A DNA stretch of 64,000 nt from Eremomyces bilateralis CBS 781.70. Taxonomy: Eukaryota. Below, one piece after another: positions 37,742 to 50,617 of the stretch. The notes below the pieces were generated by a model. It was not told where the DNA came from, made no database searches, and saw nothing but the letters and a program-made list of their open reading frames with translations. Both the position numbers and the translations under genes were made by a program. Numbering within the stretch: the first letter of the stretch is position 1; the number at the start of each line of letters is the position of its first letter. The stretch lies in NCBI GenBank assembly GCA_010015585.1, contig ML975150.1; one strand, written 5' to 3'.

Positions 37742-38738
37742 TGGAGCTGCCGCCGGGGGGTGTGGTGCCTGCGGCGAGCGTCGTCACGGGGGATCGGGGC
37801 TCGTGGAGGCGGCGATTTATTGTCGCTTCGAGATGGAGGAGTGGCCTCTACGGGACAGGGAGGAGATAATCGGACGATGGTCGCCAGGAGGCCAAGGCAT
37901 GAGGGCGGTGGAAGAGTCGACGCCAGTTTCGGAGTGGGAGTTTGCAGGAATCAAGGAGCTGGAGGACTACTTGTTCGAGCTGTGTTGGTGGTTACGTGGT
38001 GAGGTGTGTCGTGGTCGTGTGTCCGTGATAATTCGTAAACAGTGCAGGGTGTTATGATGGTCGAGTTGTTTCGGGGGAAAGATCTCGGCGGATGCTGGAT
38101 TTCGGAATCCACGATTGAAGAAGCGATCAGATCTATTTGCATGGGACTTTTGGTAAAAAAACGGAGGGCAAAAGGAATTATTAGGAGGGGAATATCGGGA
38201 TTGGAGTTGATGCAGGATGATGTTTTTTTGGCGTTGTTGGTTGCTGGGGGTCGAAGTCGCAAGGATGAATGGACAGTTGGACACCTCTCTCCCTCAATCC
38301 CTCCTCGCACGGGCAGCACTCCAGTTGGGGCGCGTGGAGGGTTAGCGTGCCAATTTGCCGTCAATTGCTTTGCCAAATCCTGCGAATGAGCGCGAATCCC
38401 GACGAATTGCTGGACACACGGCTGGTTCGGGGGGATGGGGGAATTCGGGGCCAGCCGCTGGGCTTCCACAGTTTGGAATCCCAGGCACAAGGACTCCAGG
38501 ACTCGACCCCAACGACCCTCACGTTCATCCAACAAGATTCTCCAGATGAAGCCTCGCAGCAAGCATTGGTTGCAGTGGCACCAAACCCGTTCAACGCCCA
38601 GAGTTCGTGTAAAATTGCCGGATGTGCTGGGAATCACCAGTGTTCTCGAGTCCGGACAGGGGAGGATGGCGGCGTGGGCAGTTTCTCGAATGATGTCCTG
38701 TGCGTCCAATATCAGTCGACACTGTAGGACGGTGCGAG

Positions 38739-38951
38739 GATGAACTAATAAGATGAACTAATAAGTACAGAGCATCATCATGGGCAACGGGGAATTGGCT
38801 TCCTTTAAACCGTTTAACCGACACCGTCGTCACCCTTCCCAATGCTAGCGCTGCTTCAGATCATGTATCCTCCCTCTCCTGCTTTCTCCCAAACAAAAAC
38901 ATCCCCTCTTCCTCCCAACGATCAGCACCACGATCAGCACCACGATCAGCA
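38739..38951 (+). repeat. Two short tandem repeats
   Basis: (GATGAACTAATAA)x2 at 38739-38764; (CGATCAGCACCA) about x2.7 at 38919-38951. Confidence 0.8.
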
Positions 38952-39453
38952 GTCTAGCACCCTAACAACGGCCTGCACCCGATGTAAACAAAGGTGAAAG
39001 GACACGTCGACAAAGTCGCGACCGAGTAGCTGCAGTTAATGCCCTACGTGACAGCGAATAGGATGTGCCACCGGTGAAAAATCCTTTGTGGCTGGAGGGA
39101 GACTGCTGCATGCATGCTGCAACGGCCGCAGAGAAAATCGCTGATTCGTTGTCGCTGGGGGAATTTTGGAAGCGAACTGGATTATAGACGCGGGTTCACG
39201 TGGCTTGGTATTTAGTGTACTGATCGAGCTGCATGGATGATTATTTATCATGATTGATTATAAAACTGGAGATGAAGAGAGTCAACAAAAGAAGCATGCG
39301 AGACAATGATAGTTATATGAATAGGAAGTGAATGTGAGTGGGGTATGTGCCTAGAGAATGCCTCATTATAGTACATGTACGCATTCTTCTCGAGGTCAAT
39401 AGCAACCCCTATCAATATTCGTCTATTGCACATCCCAAGAAGCACTCCATCAA

Positions 39454-39951
39454 TCACTCCTCCTCCATCTCCCTACCCTCCTCCCTCTTCTCATCCGCAA
39501 GAATCACCCCTACCTCCTCCAACACCTGCACCACCCTCTCCGCCGGAATCAACTTAAACCCCGACCCATCCAGCACCCCGCGCAACACTTTCGTCTCCGC
39601 CCCGATCCTATGCTGCGCGTACTCCGTCATCAGCCGCCGCCATTGTCCGTCCGCCTCGAGTGCCCGGATCGTTGCCGCCTGTATCTGCTTCTCCTCGTCC
39701 ATCATGACCCATTGCTCGGCGCAGTAGTTGAGGATCTGCGCGACGGTTTGGGCGGTGCAAGTGATCGCTTGCTCGAAGGACGCCTTGAGCTCGCGGAGGG
39801 TCGAGAGTTCCTGTAAGTTCGAGTCCGCTTGGGCTTGTAGGCGGGCGTTCTCGGTGGTGAGTAGGATGTTGAGCCTCTGGTGCCTTTTGATTGCCTTTCG
39901 TTGCGCTTGGGAGGCACGGGGTTGGGTCGATGGTTGTCGTTTGCGAGGCAT
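39454..39951 (-). CDS. Hypothetical coiled-coil protein, 165 aa, with basic N-terminus
   Basis: ATG-initiated, GC3-rich ORF; MPRKRQ NLS-like start; heptad-like LTTENARLQAQ...LRELKASFE. Confidence 0.6.
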   Translation of the reverse strand: MPRKRQPSTQPRASQAQRKAIKRHQRLNILLTTENARLQAQADSNLQELSTLRELKASFEQAITCTAQTVAQILNYCAEQWVMMDEEKQIQAATIRALEADGQWRRLMTEYAQHRIGAETKVLRGVLDGSGFKLIPAERVVQVLEEVGVILADEKREEGREMEEE

Positions 39952-40264
39952 GTTCGGACGGGTGAAAGTCGCCGTGGATAACGATACAACCGTATAGAAT
40001 GACCCGGTGATAAGATTGACAGGGAGGGAAACGGGTGTGTAACTGTTCGGGATGGAAGTGCCAAGTGCTCTCTGATATGATGATCTTCGCGAAGAATAAG
40101 GTGCTGTGAACTCGAGCTGTCGGGGAGGATAATGTCTGGGGTGAGGTCGTTATGAGGGGATGGGTGTTGGAGGAAGCGCCATCGAATATCATTATGGAAA
40201 GGCCGAGTGGAGGCCCTGTTTGCGCAAGAGAAGTCGACAGTCATCGACACCTGATAGACGTCCA

Positions 40265-41206
40265 TCATTTCTTCTTCGACGGAACAAAATCCCCACTCTC
40301 CGTCAACTCCTGAATCCTCTCCTCATTCTTCTTCAACCGCTCGTTCTCTTCCTGCAGCAGCCTCTCCACCTCCGCCCCCGCCGTCTCGAACGACCGAATA
40401 TACTTATCCTCCATCTCCTTCGAGTACGGGTTCGACGGCGTCGACTTGTCCGCCAGCTCCGACGTCCCCAGCCCGATGACCGGCATATTCGCCACGCTCA
40501 TCTGGCCACGTCCTTTCGCCTTGCCTTTTCCCCCGCCCTTCGCCGGGTTGAGGTAGTCCCACTGCGAGTCCGACGTCAGCGCCTCCCAGAGCGGCTCGCT
40601 CGGCTCGTTGAATTCGAGGATCTCGACCGACTCGGAGACAACGCGACCGCGGGCCTTCTGCTGCGCTTTATCGGCGTCGGAGCCGTAGGGTTCGAGTTGC
40701 AGGTAGTGGAAGCGCCACTGGGCCTTCTCGCTGGTGACGGGTTGGAAATGGAGGCGGATGTCGACCTGGAAGCCGCCCCAGCCGGTTTCCGTGACTTCGA
40801 ACGGTTCCTGCTCCGCAGCTACCGGATGTTAGTCGATCAACGTGAAGGCCAGAAAGGGATATAAAGACGGACTTCGTAGCGCTGGCGTGTACGTGTGAAA
40901 CAGTTTAAACTGCACTTTCTTCAGCCAGACATTGATGTTCGGCCCGCCCTCCAAGTTCCTGACGTAGACTTTCCAGCCGGTGGTGTGGTCTTCGGGGATG
41001 CCAGGCGGCCGGTTTTCGGGGGTGAGAGGCCATGCTTCGGAGCCGATGACTTCACAACGTTAGCAGTGTTCGCAGTGGTAGTGGTATTTCAGGAGCCATA
41101 CTGAATTTCCGTGTTATTCTTTTGCCCTAGATGGTGTAAGCACATTTAAAGCCAGGACTCGGATAGGTACACATACCTTGACACGTCGATTCGGAGGGCC
41201 GGCCAT
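40265..41206 (-). CDS. YAF9: YEATS-domain protein Yaf9 (NuA4/SWR1 subunit), 4 exons; mostly missed by the ORF track
   Basis: Spliced: MAGPPNRRVK/GKRITRKFI/IGSEAW...EDHTTGWKVYVR...WLKKVQFKLFHTYTPALRT/AEQEPFEVTETGWGGFQVDIRLHF...LEFNEPSEPLWEALT, ending in a coiled coil. Confidence 0.9.
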
Positions 41207-41531
41207 GGTGGAGTTGGGGCTGCAGGTCAATAAAGCGGCTTTCTAGTTTCTCGTGGCACAAATTTGACGATGCAGAAATGTGTTTGGGGTTAATCAGTGA
41301 GGTATTCACACCTTGCGCGGGTTGTGGAAGTTGTTCGAATGAAGAATCTAGAATCTAGAATTGTAGATGCGTAAGGTGGTTGTCAGGGTCTCGATGTGCT
41401 GGGATCTGACAATTGGTATGACGACACGAACTTAACGACGAGCTGTTGAATTGCTCCTTCAGCTTCGTCGGACGTGAAAGATGCGCAATTGCTATCACAC
41501 TTGTATAGAGTACCCTTGAGGCGATACCATC

Positions 41532-42580
41532 ATGGCTACGGCCGCCGTGAAAAGGAAAATCGTCGTGTGCGGAGGCAATGGCTTTTTAGGCAAGTTGCAC
41601 TCCGGCTTCACCTGGTGTTTTCGAGCTAACATATGTCTAGGGACCCGTATTTGCAGAGCTGCTGCGCAACGGGGATGGGACGTGACATCGATTGGGTATA
41701 TATGCTCGTCAATTTCAAGATCAAACTGCCTCTAACATCCCACGATTAGCCGCTCGGGCGAACCCTCATGGTCGGCCGTCTCCTCCTCCTCCACCGCTCC
41801 CAAATGGTCCAAATCCGTAACCTGGACCGCCGCGAACATCCTCCAACCAGACTCCTACAAGGAGCACTTGAAAGGCGCGGATGCTGTGGTGCACTCCATG
41901 GGCATCCTGCTTGAGGCGGATTACAAGGGCGTGATCCAAGGGAAAGAGTCCCCGATCCGCGGGCTCCAGAGGGCGTTCAGCGCCACGAAGCGGGGGAGTC
42001 AGAATCCGCTGACCCGGAAGGAAGGGGAGGTGCTGAAGCCGCAGGAGGAGGATGGGCAGTTGACATATGAGCTTATGAATCGAGACTCCGGTACGTGATA
42101 ACATCCTCTCCATCCCCAAGCCTCACGGTGCTGACCAGTCCTCCCATTCCAGCAATCACCCTCGCGCGCGAAGCCCATGCCGCCAACTCCACCACCGCCT
42201 TCGTCTACATCTCCGCCACTGCCGGCGCCCCCTTCCTCCCATCCCGCTACCTCTCAACGAAACGCGACGCCGAGGCGACCATCGCCGCCGAGTTCCCGTC
42301 GATGCGCGAGATCTTCATCCGGCCGTCGTTCATGTTCGATTCGAGTCGGTCGTTCACGTTGCCGATCGCGGCGGCCGGGATGGTGGGGAGTATGGTGAAT
42401 AGCGCGATGGGGAGACGGTTGTCGTGGTTGATTGGGGCGGGGGGGGAGAAGCCGTTGAGGGTGGAAGCGGTGGGGGATGCGGTGGTGGAGGCGATTGGGG
42501 ATGAGGGGGTGAGAGGAGTGGTGGACGTGGCGGAAATTGACAGGTTGGCGACGAAGGCGTGGAGAAAGGGGATGCTATAA
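41532..42580 (+). CDS. COQ11: Atypical SDR/NAD(P)-binding protein, Coq11 (YLR290C)-like, 4 exons
   Basis: KIVVCGGNGFLG/TRICRAA...SRSGEP; AVVHSMGILLEADYK; TYELMNRDS/AI; RYLSTKRDAE; IRPSFMFD. Confidence 0.88.
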
Positions 42581-43266
42581 GACTAAGAGTTCGATTATAT
42601 GGCGGCGCATGGAAGCGATTACAAAGGTTACGCATCTCAACAACTATTGTCACGACTCATCTGGTCTCCCGACTCCATTCAAATGGCCTCTCATCATTGA
42701 AGACTTTCATGTATATTACAATAGAAGAAACAAAACATTCCCCATCCATATCAGCCTAGGCGTCCCTCGGTGTGAAATCCGAGAGCGTCTTTAGTGATGG
42801 TCAATAATCCTTGCTGCAGCCGCGAGTTCAGCGCTTGAACAAGCAGACACCGTAAAATCCAACGAAGCCAGACTAAAAGAAGCAAAAGGCTTCTGAAGCC
42901 AACGAACTCTGTTGACAAGGAAACGAATGATCTATGCAAAATCGAACCAGATATCAAGGAACATACCAACACCGGAAAAAGATCCCTCTATTTGGTCCAC
43001 CGGATTCGCTGCCGATGGTCTCATGAATCGTCATTTTCGATATTCGAAGAACGCTCAGTGGTACGCCGTCTCCATCTATTTAGGTTCACTCCACTGAACG
43101 GATACTCAAGTTAGAAGTTGGTTGCTGTGGAGGAAGAAGGCTAAAAAGAAGCCATCGAGAGATATGGGTATCGAGTAGAGCCAGAGTCGTAGACATCATG
43201 AAAGCAGGGATAAATCCGCAATGCCTCCTTGTGCAAGATACGATCGGGTGGCTTCAAATGACCCGT

Positions 43267-44622
43267 TCAATATGTTTCGCCAATATGCCGCAAGTTCGCC
43301 GGCTTCCATGTCCCTGCAGCGATGGTTAGTTTGTGTTTGATATGGATCATGCAGAGAACCGCAATCGGGGCGACGCGGCTTGGTTCCAGTCCCACCGAAT
43401 ATGAAACCCAAACCCGAGAGTCGGGCACCCAATCGGTTTGCATTGCTAGATCGGCAGTGCAATGCATAGAAAGGAGGGTATAATTGGGCTAGGACCACGC
43501 AATAATCGCTCACTCACCTTCAAAGTTGTGCTTAACAAACGCCATTGGGTCGTCGTCTTCTCCCGCGCCCATCGTCTTCACGCCAGGGCTGAAGCTGGTG
43601 ATCGGTAGAACAACCACGTCGCCGACCTTCTTCGCGCTCGTGATGCCGGTAAATTGACGCCAGGTAATGTTCCCATTGCCGCTATTCATGTCAAAGTACT
43701 CCGGATCGTTGAAGAACTTGAAGATGATGTCGGTCCAAATAGCCGGTCCGGTGTATTCGACCACCGACTCATGGTCCTTAGGAAGGGTCCCCTGATCTTT
43801 TCGCTTGAGGGTCTCCTCGGTGATGTTGGTCACAATGGCTCGGAGGATGGGATGGCCCGGTTTGGCTTGGATGGTCCACTGGCAGAATTGAATTCTTCGC
43901 GAGTACCAGTCCGCCCAATCCGGGCGATCGGGATCCGCTTCAATCCCGATGACCATGCCGTAACTTGAACGGGGAACATCCGGTGGCACCCATTCGGTAG
44001 CGGACTGGAGCGCCTGCGTATCGATGTCCGAATAGATTCCCCCCCGCGCCAGCAAGATCAAGTACCGGAAAAAGTCGGCTTTGAGCACCGGGAAAGGGAG
44101 GGCTTTATACGCTTCGACCACTTCGGGCGTGGCAGAATAGAGATGCTTGATCAGTTGCACCGCAACTGAATCGGTGATGACTTCATGAACGAAGCGAGGA
44201 TGTAGCAAGGTCCACGACGCCTCTGGTTCCCGGAATGTAGGATCAAACTTGCCCGAGGCCGGCGTGTACTTCCATGTCTGCCAGATATATGCCGGGAACT
44301 TCGACTCGGGGTCATAGGGGAAGTTGTATGCGAGTTGCTCCTTGAGAGGCTTAACCCTCAGGTCTTGAAGTGAGATTTGGGTTTGCGGTTTTCGGTGTCG
44401 TCGAGAAGGGTCCTTCTGGCCTTTCGGTGAGTTTGTTGAGAGGGTGTGTTGTTCGGCCGTGTCGGGGGATGGATTATCGTTGTTTTGCAGCGGGATAACT
44501 GGTCCGGGTTTTGGAAGCATATCTGCGGTCTGGATTTGCTTTTCGGCCTGGGTATTCCGGAGGAGGTAGAAAAGGGTGAGGACCGCCGCCGCGATGATCA
44601 GCGCTCTCCGAAAGGTTAACAT
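43267..44622 (-). CDS. OCH1: Initiation-specific alpha-1,6-mannosyltransferase (GT32), 2 exons
   Basis: Type II anchor; FPAYIWQTWK; LKADFFRYLILLARGGIYSDIDT; GIEADPDRPDWADWYSRRIQFCQW; LPITSFSPG; last exon TWKPANLRHIGETY*. Confidence 0.95.
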
Positions 44623-47600
44623 CGTGGCTACGGAGCTATCGAAGCAGGTTGACTACGGTGATTGAGGATTCGGAGGAGTCAAAGAAGGGATGGGGGATAT
44701 GTCTAGGTAGACTATCGTGAAGCAGCGAAGATCTCTGGAAATATCAACACCCCAACCATAGAAAGTTGATTCCGTGCGGAGTGCTGGACCCGACGCGGAT
44801 GATGAATCAATCCACGAAAGAACCCGCGAAAAAAACCACTTTTGGTTCACCGAGTCGTCCGAAGGCGCGGCACAGTCGATGACAGCCAACGAGATGGTCG
44901 TTTGCGGCGAATTCAAGGCGGGCTGAGGTAGATGTTTCACCGAATCAGGATTGGAGAACCCGCATAGCTGAACAGTGAGGGTGCAGCGTGCAGACTGGCG
45001 GTGGAATCGCGCTGTTAGGCATCCGGTGACAACATGATCGACTAGAATAAGACAGATCTCCAGTAGAATGAGAACGAGAGATGCGAGGGAAACCAAAGGG
45101 CCAGCCAATGCTTTTTGTGCGTCGAGGTCTGATCTAAATGCTTAGGACGATCAAACAGTACAGAATTGTTGAAGTGACGCCGGGAAAATGGGAGAGCGCC
45201 ACTTAGCGGGACCTAACTATCAAGGGGCTTAAAGGGCTTCCTAAGCAGTGGATACATCCAGCGATGCCTCTGCTTTGGAACCAATGGAAGGGTTCTTATC
45301 TTGGGATGTGGACCAGGATACAATCAGAACGAGTGAAGATTGACACCAGAAGGAAAGGTTGGCACCAGATGTTCCGTCCATATTGATGAAGTACTCCGTA
45401 TGGAAGGGTTTATTAGGGGATGGAACATGGCTAACTTAGACAAGGGTGAATTACGGGAATAGGACGTGTATGATGTGCTCACTTGACTACTTGTTCCCTT
45501 ACGCATGCGGCATTATGTGCAGTAAGGGGGTAACTGCGGTCGAGAGTACGCAAATGTCTCTGTACCCACCCCATTTCCGGAGGAATTATTCCTGTAACTT
45601 GTAAGTTGTAAGACGTTCCTTTGACCTTTGTCCCCTCCACGTTCCACTCTATCACCATTCACCAGCAATCCAGCATCACAGGGGAGGCGGTTCGTCACTC
45701 CCGCGGTCCCGCCTAGTCGTTTCACAAAATGCTTGATTATGTTTCAGATCTCATCCAAAATACTTCCGTAATCTACTTTCAATTTCGTACATTGCTAAAT
45801 CGCCAAACCTAAATGACCCAACCGACGGAGTACAGGTACTTGGGTTATCGTAAGGATTACGAAGTAGTCGTGGCACTCAACTGTCAGAACTCCTGCCCAC
45901 TTCGGCATCAATCGGCAAATTGAATATAATGCCTAATGTCTCGTCTGACTGATCGTTTCTCATCATCTCACACCGTGGACTAGCAACCCGCAACCATTGG
46001 CGTCCATGCAACTGCAGATTGCAGAGTCTGTGTGGTTTTGAATTCTGCAGCTAGAGCTAGATTATGGGGATATTTGTGGGTTCTTCACTCCCCCGAAACC
46101 GATCGTCATTAGAGGGATTCGGTAATCGGTTTTGCGCTCTTGGCTTCACAGCTCACGGCTCACGGCTCACGCCCACGCGATTCCCGTCATCTTATTGCAC
46201 GAATGACGTTTTTGCGCTGGCTTGACGAATCTCCGACTTTTCCTGTCCTTCAAAGGAACACGATGCGGAAACAGCCGCCCGGATGAAGCCGACATCAAGA
46301 ACCAATATGAACTGGAACAATACGAAGGGCCTTGGGAAACGGGAACCGTATCACCCAACCTCAAGTTTTCGACACGAATCCCCTTCCCTTGTTCTGCAGG
46401 GGACCGAGCAGCTTTACTAAGCTATTCACGGCGTCAAGTTACGACCCCTAGTGCCTCAAATCTCAATCCCTATCCTTGAGTCTTGAGAGTGGGGGAGGAC
46501 GGGACGTGGGATTGCACTGCTGACTGAAGTCTGAGCACACGAAGCTGTGATAACTGATATCAGAAAGCTGCCGAGTGCCCAAGGGTAATTTGGGCTTTTT
46601 CGAGCTTCGGACTTTTCTGTCTTCTAGTATTCTGTCGTATTCGCTACGCGGCGCCTTGTCTGTCCAGGATTCGTTCAGCAGATTCCCGAGTTGTTCCATG
46701 GATGAAGTACCGTACGCGATGCCGGCTTTGATATGTTTTCATAGTGGTGAAACTGCGCGAAGATGACAGTCATGGACCAATATTTGCGGTTGCCACGAAG
46801 GGATGTCGGATAACGTCTAGGCACTAAAAACCAGAATTCACTAGCGAAGCTCGAATCCTTACTGATATTTTATCGCATGTCTAGTTCGATGTTAAGTGGA
46901 CCTAATAATACTGCAGGTTTTGGGAACTCAACTCCGACATCCAATGTTTCTATCCGTCACGGGAAGTCCATCTCAAACTCACATGGAGAAGAAGCCGTGA
47001 AAGGAGACGTTGGCACGAGCACAGGCAGCGCTCAGCTTACGGAAAAGGAGCCAGCTCTTCCATTCGAGATGAATGTGTCCACGGATGGCCTACAGGGTTA
47101 GTTTGCTATTCAACATAGTGGCAGTCTTAGCAAGACGTGCTTGCGTCATCAGCGTCTTCCTTCAGCGTACTCATCCTGACATATTCATCAATATTAGCCG
47201 ATGGATGGTCCTTAAGCGCATTCTGGACTGGCTTGTTGCCCGGCATTGTGATTCAATGGGTAAATAGAACTAAATATCAAAGGATTGCTGCTCGGGGAGA
47301 TGGCTAGAGAAGCATATTCCGGTTGATGAGCAAGAGAGTATATATACATGTCATTTGTGTGGTCATTGTCTAGTTGGTCATTGGTGCCTTGCAATGGTAT
47401 GGCTCTTATGATATACTTTCGGGTATATATTGAGATCGGAGCGCTCAGTCATTAGTATCTAGATATCCAGGGGCTTAACTAGTTCCATCTGGTCCATGAA
47501 GTCGTATGTGCCATAAGGCCGCCAGCTATATCCAGATAGTCGACCTGCACAGCCAATCGCAGATTCCAGGCTTATGAGGAATCCTGATCAACTGTTCTTG

Positions 47601-49316
47601 AAGAAGGCTCTGGCCAGGTCCAGCGAGATGTGAAGAAGGGCGTTAAATGACCTTCTTCTCTCTACACCATAACCTGAAGCTTGTCTGAGTAAATCATACG
47701 TCGGCCAATCATAGAGAAAGATTTTCGTAGTAATCTGGTTCACGGGAGGATAGTATACCAGAAATTGGCCGAATTCTAGCAAGTATGGATGATCTAATTA
47801 GGAAGACGTGGAGGACGTGGAGGACCAAACCGAAGACCCGACTTTCGGGAAATTTCTCGAAACCCTTCGAGGGAGTCTCCCTTACATTCCTCGGATCGTC
47901 CAGTTCAGTCAGTGCTATTCAGTGGTTATCAGTTGACTGAAAGGCTCATATCAACAATTCTGCTTCAACTCTATGTAGAAACATCTTCATATATTTAATG
48001 GTCTCCTGCTTAGAGTATAGAAGAGCTGATAAAGAGGTATTATAGATTAAATGAAGTACCGGATCTGTCAGGGAACCACTACCACAAAATCTCGAGCATG
48101 CTTCTAGATGGGATCAACCGTTAAAACCCGTAGCCCCCATTGCTAGACATCTTATGGCGAAGAAGCATGCCGGGTTATTTGTAAGTAAGTAGACTTCTGG
48201 AATGGCCGGATAAATCTATATTATTGAGGTAGGTTGACTAAAACGGCTAGTTAACAACTAAACCGTGCAGATGTATATATAAAGGCTTCCAATCACTGAT
48301 CAGTCTTCCATACCCGAATCAATCAACCCAGTTTTCACACGTTCGGCTCTCGACACTGGCACAGTTGTAATAGCTATTCAATTTGCTGATACCAGGCCCT
48401 AGTATGCACTTGGTTCGTTGAGCATCATTGTGATCTTTAGGGTCGGATGACTTTGTAGCAGAGGTAACGAAGTGTCGTGTTCAGAAAGCTGATGAGAAAC
48501 CGGCACTGACTAGTAGACCGCCACCAAAGGCATCCACAGGGCCTCATCGAGACTTACGCAGAAAGGCGAGGTGGGGAACTGTGGCAGGAGGAGAATCATC
48601 AGGGCATGGAATATTCGATGCAGCCCCTAGTACGCCACCGGACAGGATCAGGACATTACAAATATAAGTTCATGTCGACGACACAATAGTCCCAGCATGC
48701 GACGTAATGCTTGATCCAATCACTAGATCGAGTATCGGTTCCTGATACTATTGACACGCACGTAAAGATTTTTGCAACTTAGCCAACCTGCGACTCTGTA
48801 TTGGATATAAGTCCTCTCATTCCGACGTGACACGGCCGGACTTCCTGCATGCAACCTTCAGCCCCAAAGCCGTCGATTATCGTGTCCGTTGTACGTTGTC
48901 AAATTGAGGGAGCCGAAAATTATTTGATGCCATATATCGTTAGGTTGCTGCATTTGCAGAAACACCTGGGCCCAGACCCGAAGGCCAGCGCCAGTTTGCA
49001 TGAGGTCGCTCAGACATTGCCGGATTGGTGCCACATCGTCTAGTCCGGTGCGTACGGCCAGCTTAGAAGCCACGGTTTCTCGCTCGGAATTCAATCGTCC
49101 CATTGACACATCATTATTGCTTGACATATGAATATCGTGAGACTAGGAGCGATTGGTTCCCTCGGAGAATCTCTCGACTTCCACTGGTAGCTATTCGGCT
49201 GAAGTACCGATGCCCACCACTTCATTCATATATCGCCCGATCGTCCAGCTCTTACTTCGCCCTCTTCAGGGAACACTCCTCTCGTTCCGATCCCCATCGA
49301 TCGCCCGACCGCAAAG

Positions 49317-49679
49317 ATGAAGATTTCCCCCGTTCTTGTCTCGCTATTCGTGGCACTGACACTTGCACACCCGGACCCTAACCCACCCAGACAGAAGAAT
49401 CCCAAAGAGAGGATCGCCAAGCTCACGCTCAAAGCAGCCTGTGACTGCACATTGGCGACGTGCCCTGCGCAGCATCTCAGTGAGAAATCGGTGAGTTCCC
49501 CAACCGTTGCCAGGCTACATCATGACACGGCTGACGATGCGGAAGCGGTGCGAATGCGAGAACTCGCACGCGATTAGATGTTGGGAGGCGAATGAGCGGA
49601 AGTGCAGGAAACCGAGGCCGAAAGTGAGTGTGCTTGATATGCTAGATCTAGGGGAAGCTAACCGGGTTAGAAATGCTGA
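49317..49679 (+). CDS. Small secreted cysteine-rich basic protein, 86 aa, 8 Cys, 3 exons
   Basis: Exons 49317-49490, 49546-49623 and 49671-49679 with GTGAGT donors and CTGAC/CTAAC branch sites. Product MKISPVLVSLFVALTLA-HPDP...ACDCTLATCP...RCECENSHAIRCWEANERKCRKPRPKKC*. Confidence 0.85.
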
Positions 49680-50065
49680 TCGACTCTCTATGCCCTCACT
49701 TCAATGACAAAATTGAACAGAGTCTAGGTACGAGGGTTACGACGATGGTTGGTAACATCGATGGACATAATGTAATGCACGACATGTATACAAAAGGAGG
49801 AATAAGGAAGGCAACAGGGAATGGTTGAATGACAGTGGAACTAAGGATTGGGAATGATTGGAAGCGAATAGCAGGTGTTGCTCATGCTAGAGGAGATTCC
49901 GATATAGGCATCGAGATGTCTAAAAAGACTAGATAACTCCAACCCTTTCATATAGCAAAGCCGTACCCATCGCACCGTTCCTAGCCACTAGGGCAAAGTG
50001 GTATTATGTGAGAAACGAAATTCCATCAACCCCGTTTATGCGTTAGATAATCCGTCGTCATGTGT

Positions 50066-50617
50066 TCACTCCCTCCTCCTTTTCGACCCCGTTAATGTGT
50101 CCCACATCATTAAGATCGTGTCCCCCAGCGTCGGCCGCTCATTCGCGTTCTTCTTACTACTCTCATGATTATGATGATGCTCATGATGGCGATGGCTCGA
50201 TCGCCTCTCGTCACTATACGACGGTCTCGAGTGATGTGAATGTCCCGGACTGTGGGAGTGGTAAGAGTGTTGGTGAGAATGGCGCGAGAAGCCGGATCCG
50301 GGTCGATGGGAGGAGGAGTGCGAGCCGACCCGCGCACGCTGGAGTGGATCCTGCGGCGCGAAAGCTGGTGAGGGACCTGGCGACGTTCCGGTTTGGAAAC
50401 TGTTCCCTTGACTTGGACTCACGCCGTATGGGCTGCTGCCGTGAAGGCTGGTGGAATATGGGATTGGTTGAGATTGGGATTGTCCTGGGATGGGTTGCGG
50501 TTGTGAGGTTGGTGGGCGATATTGCGCCGCGGAGGGATGGAGATTCTGATCGTAATACTGGCTCGTCGGCTGATGACTGACCGGTGGCCGTGGAGGAGGG
50601 TGTTGTTCGAAACTCAT
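50066..50617 (-). CDS. Hypothetical P/Q/S/H-rich protein, 183 aa
   Basis: ATG-initiated low-complexity ORF ending in a short amphipathic segment RPTLGDTILMMWDTL. Confidence 0.7.
   Translation of the reverse strand: MSFEQHPPPRPPVSHQPTSQYYDQNLHPSAAQYRPPTSQPQPIPGQSQSQPIPYSTSLHGSSPYGVSPSQGNSFQTGTSPGPSPAFAPQDPLQRARVGSHSSSHRPGSGFSRHSHQHSYHSHSPGHSHHSRPSYSDERRSSHRHHEHHHNHESSKKNANERPTLGDTILMMWDTLTGSKRRRE

Noticed and set aside
37951..38727. Overlapping 252-codon (-) and 152-codon (+) ORFs
   Set aside because: No recognisable domain or clear codon bias; cannot be supported as genes without expression data.
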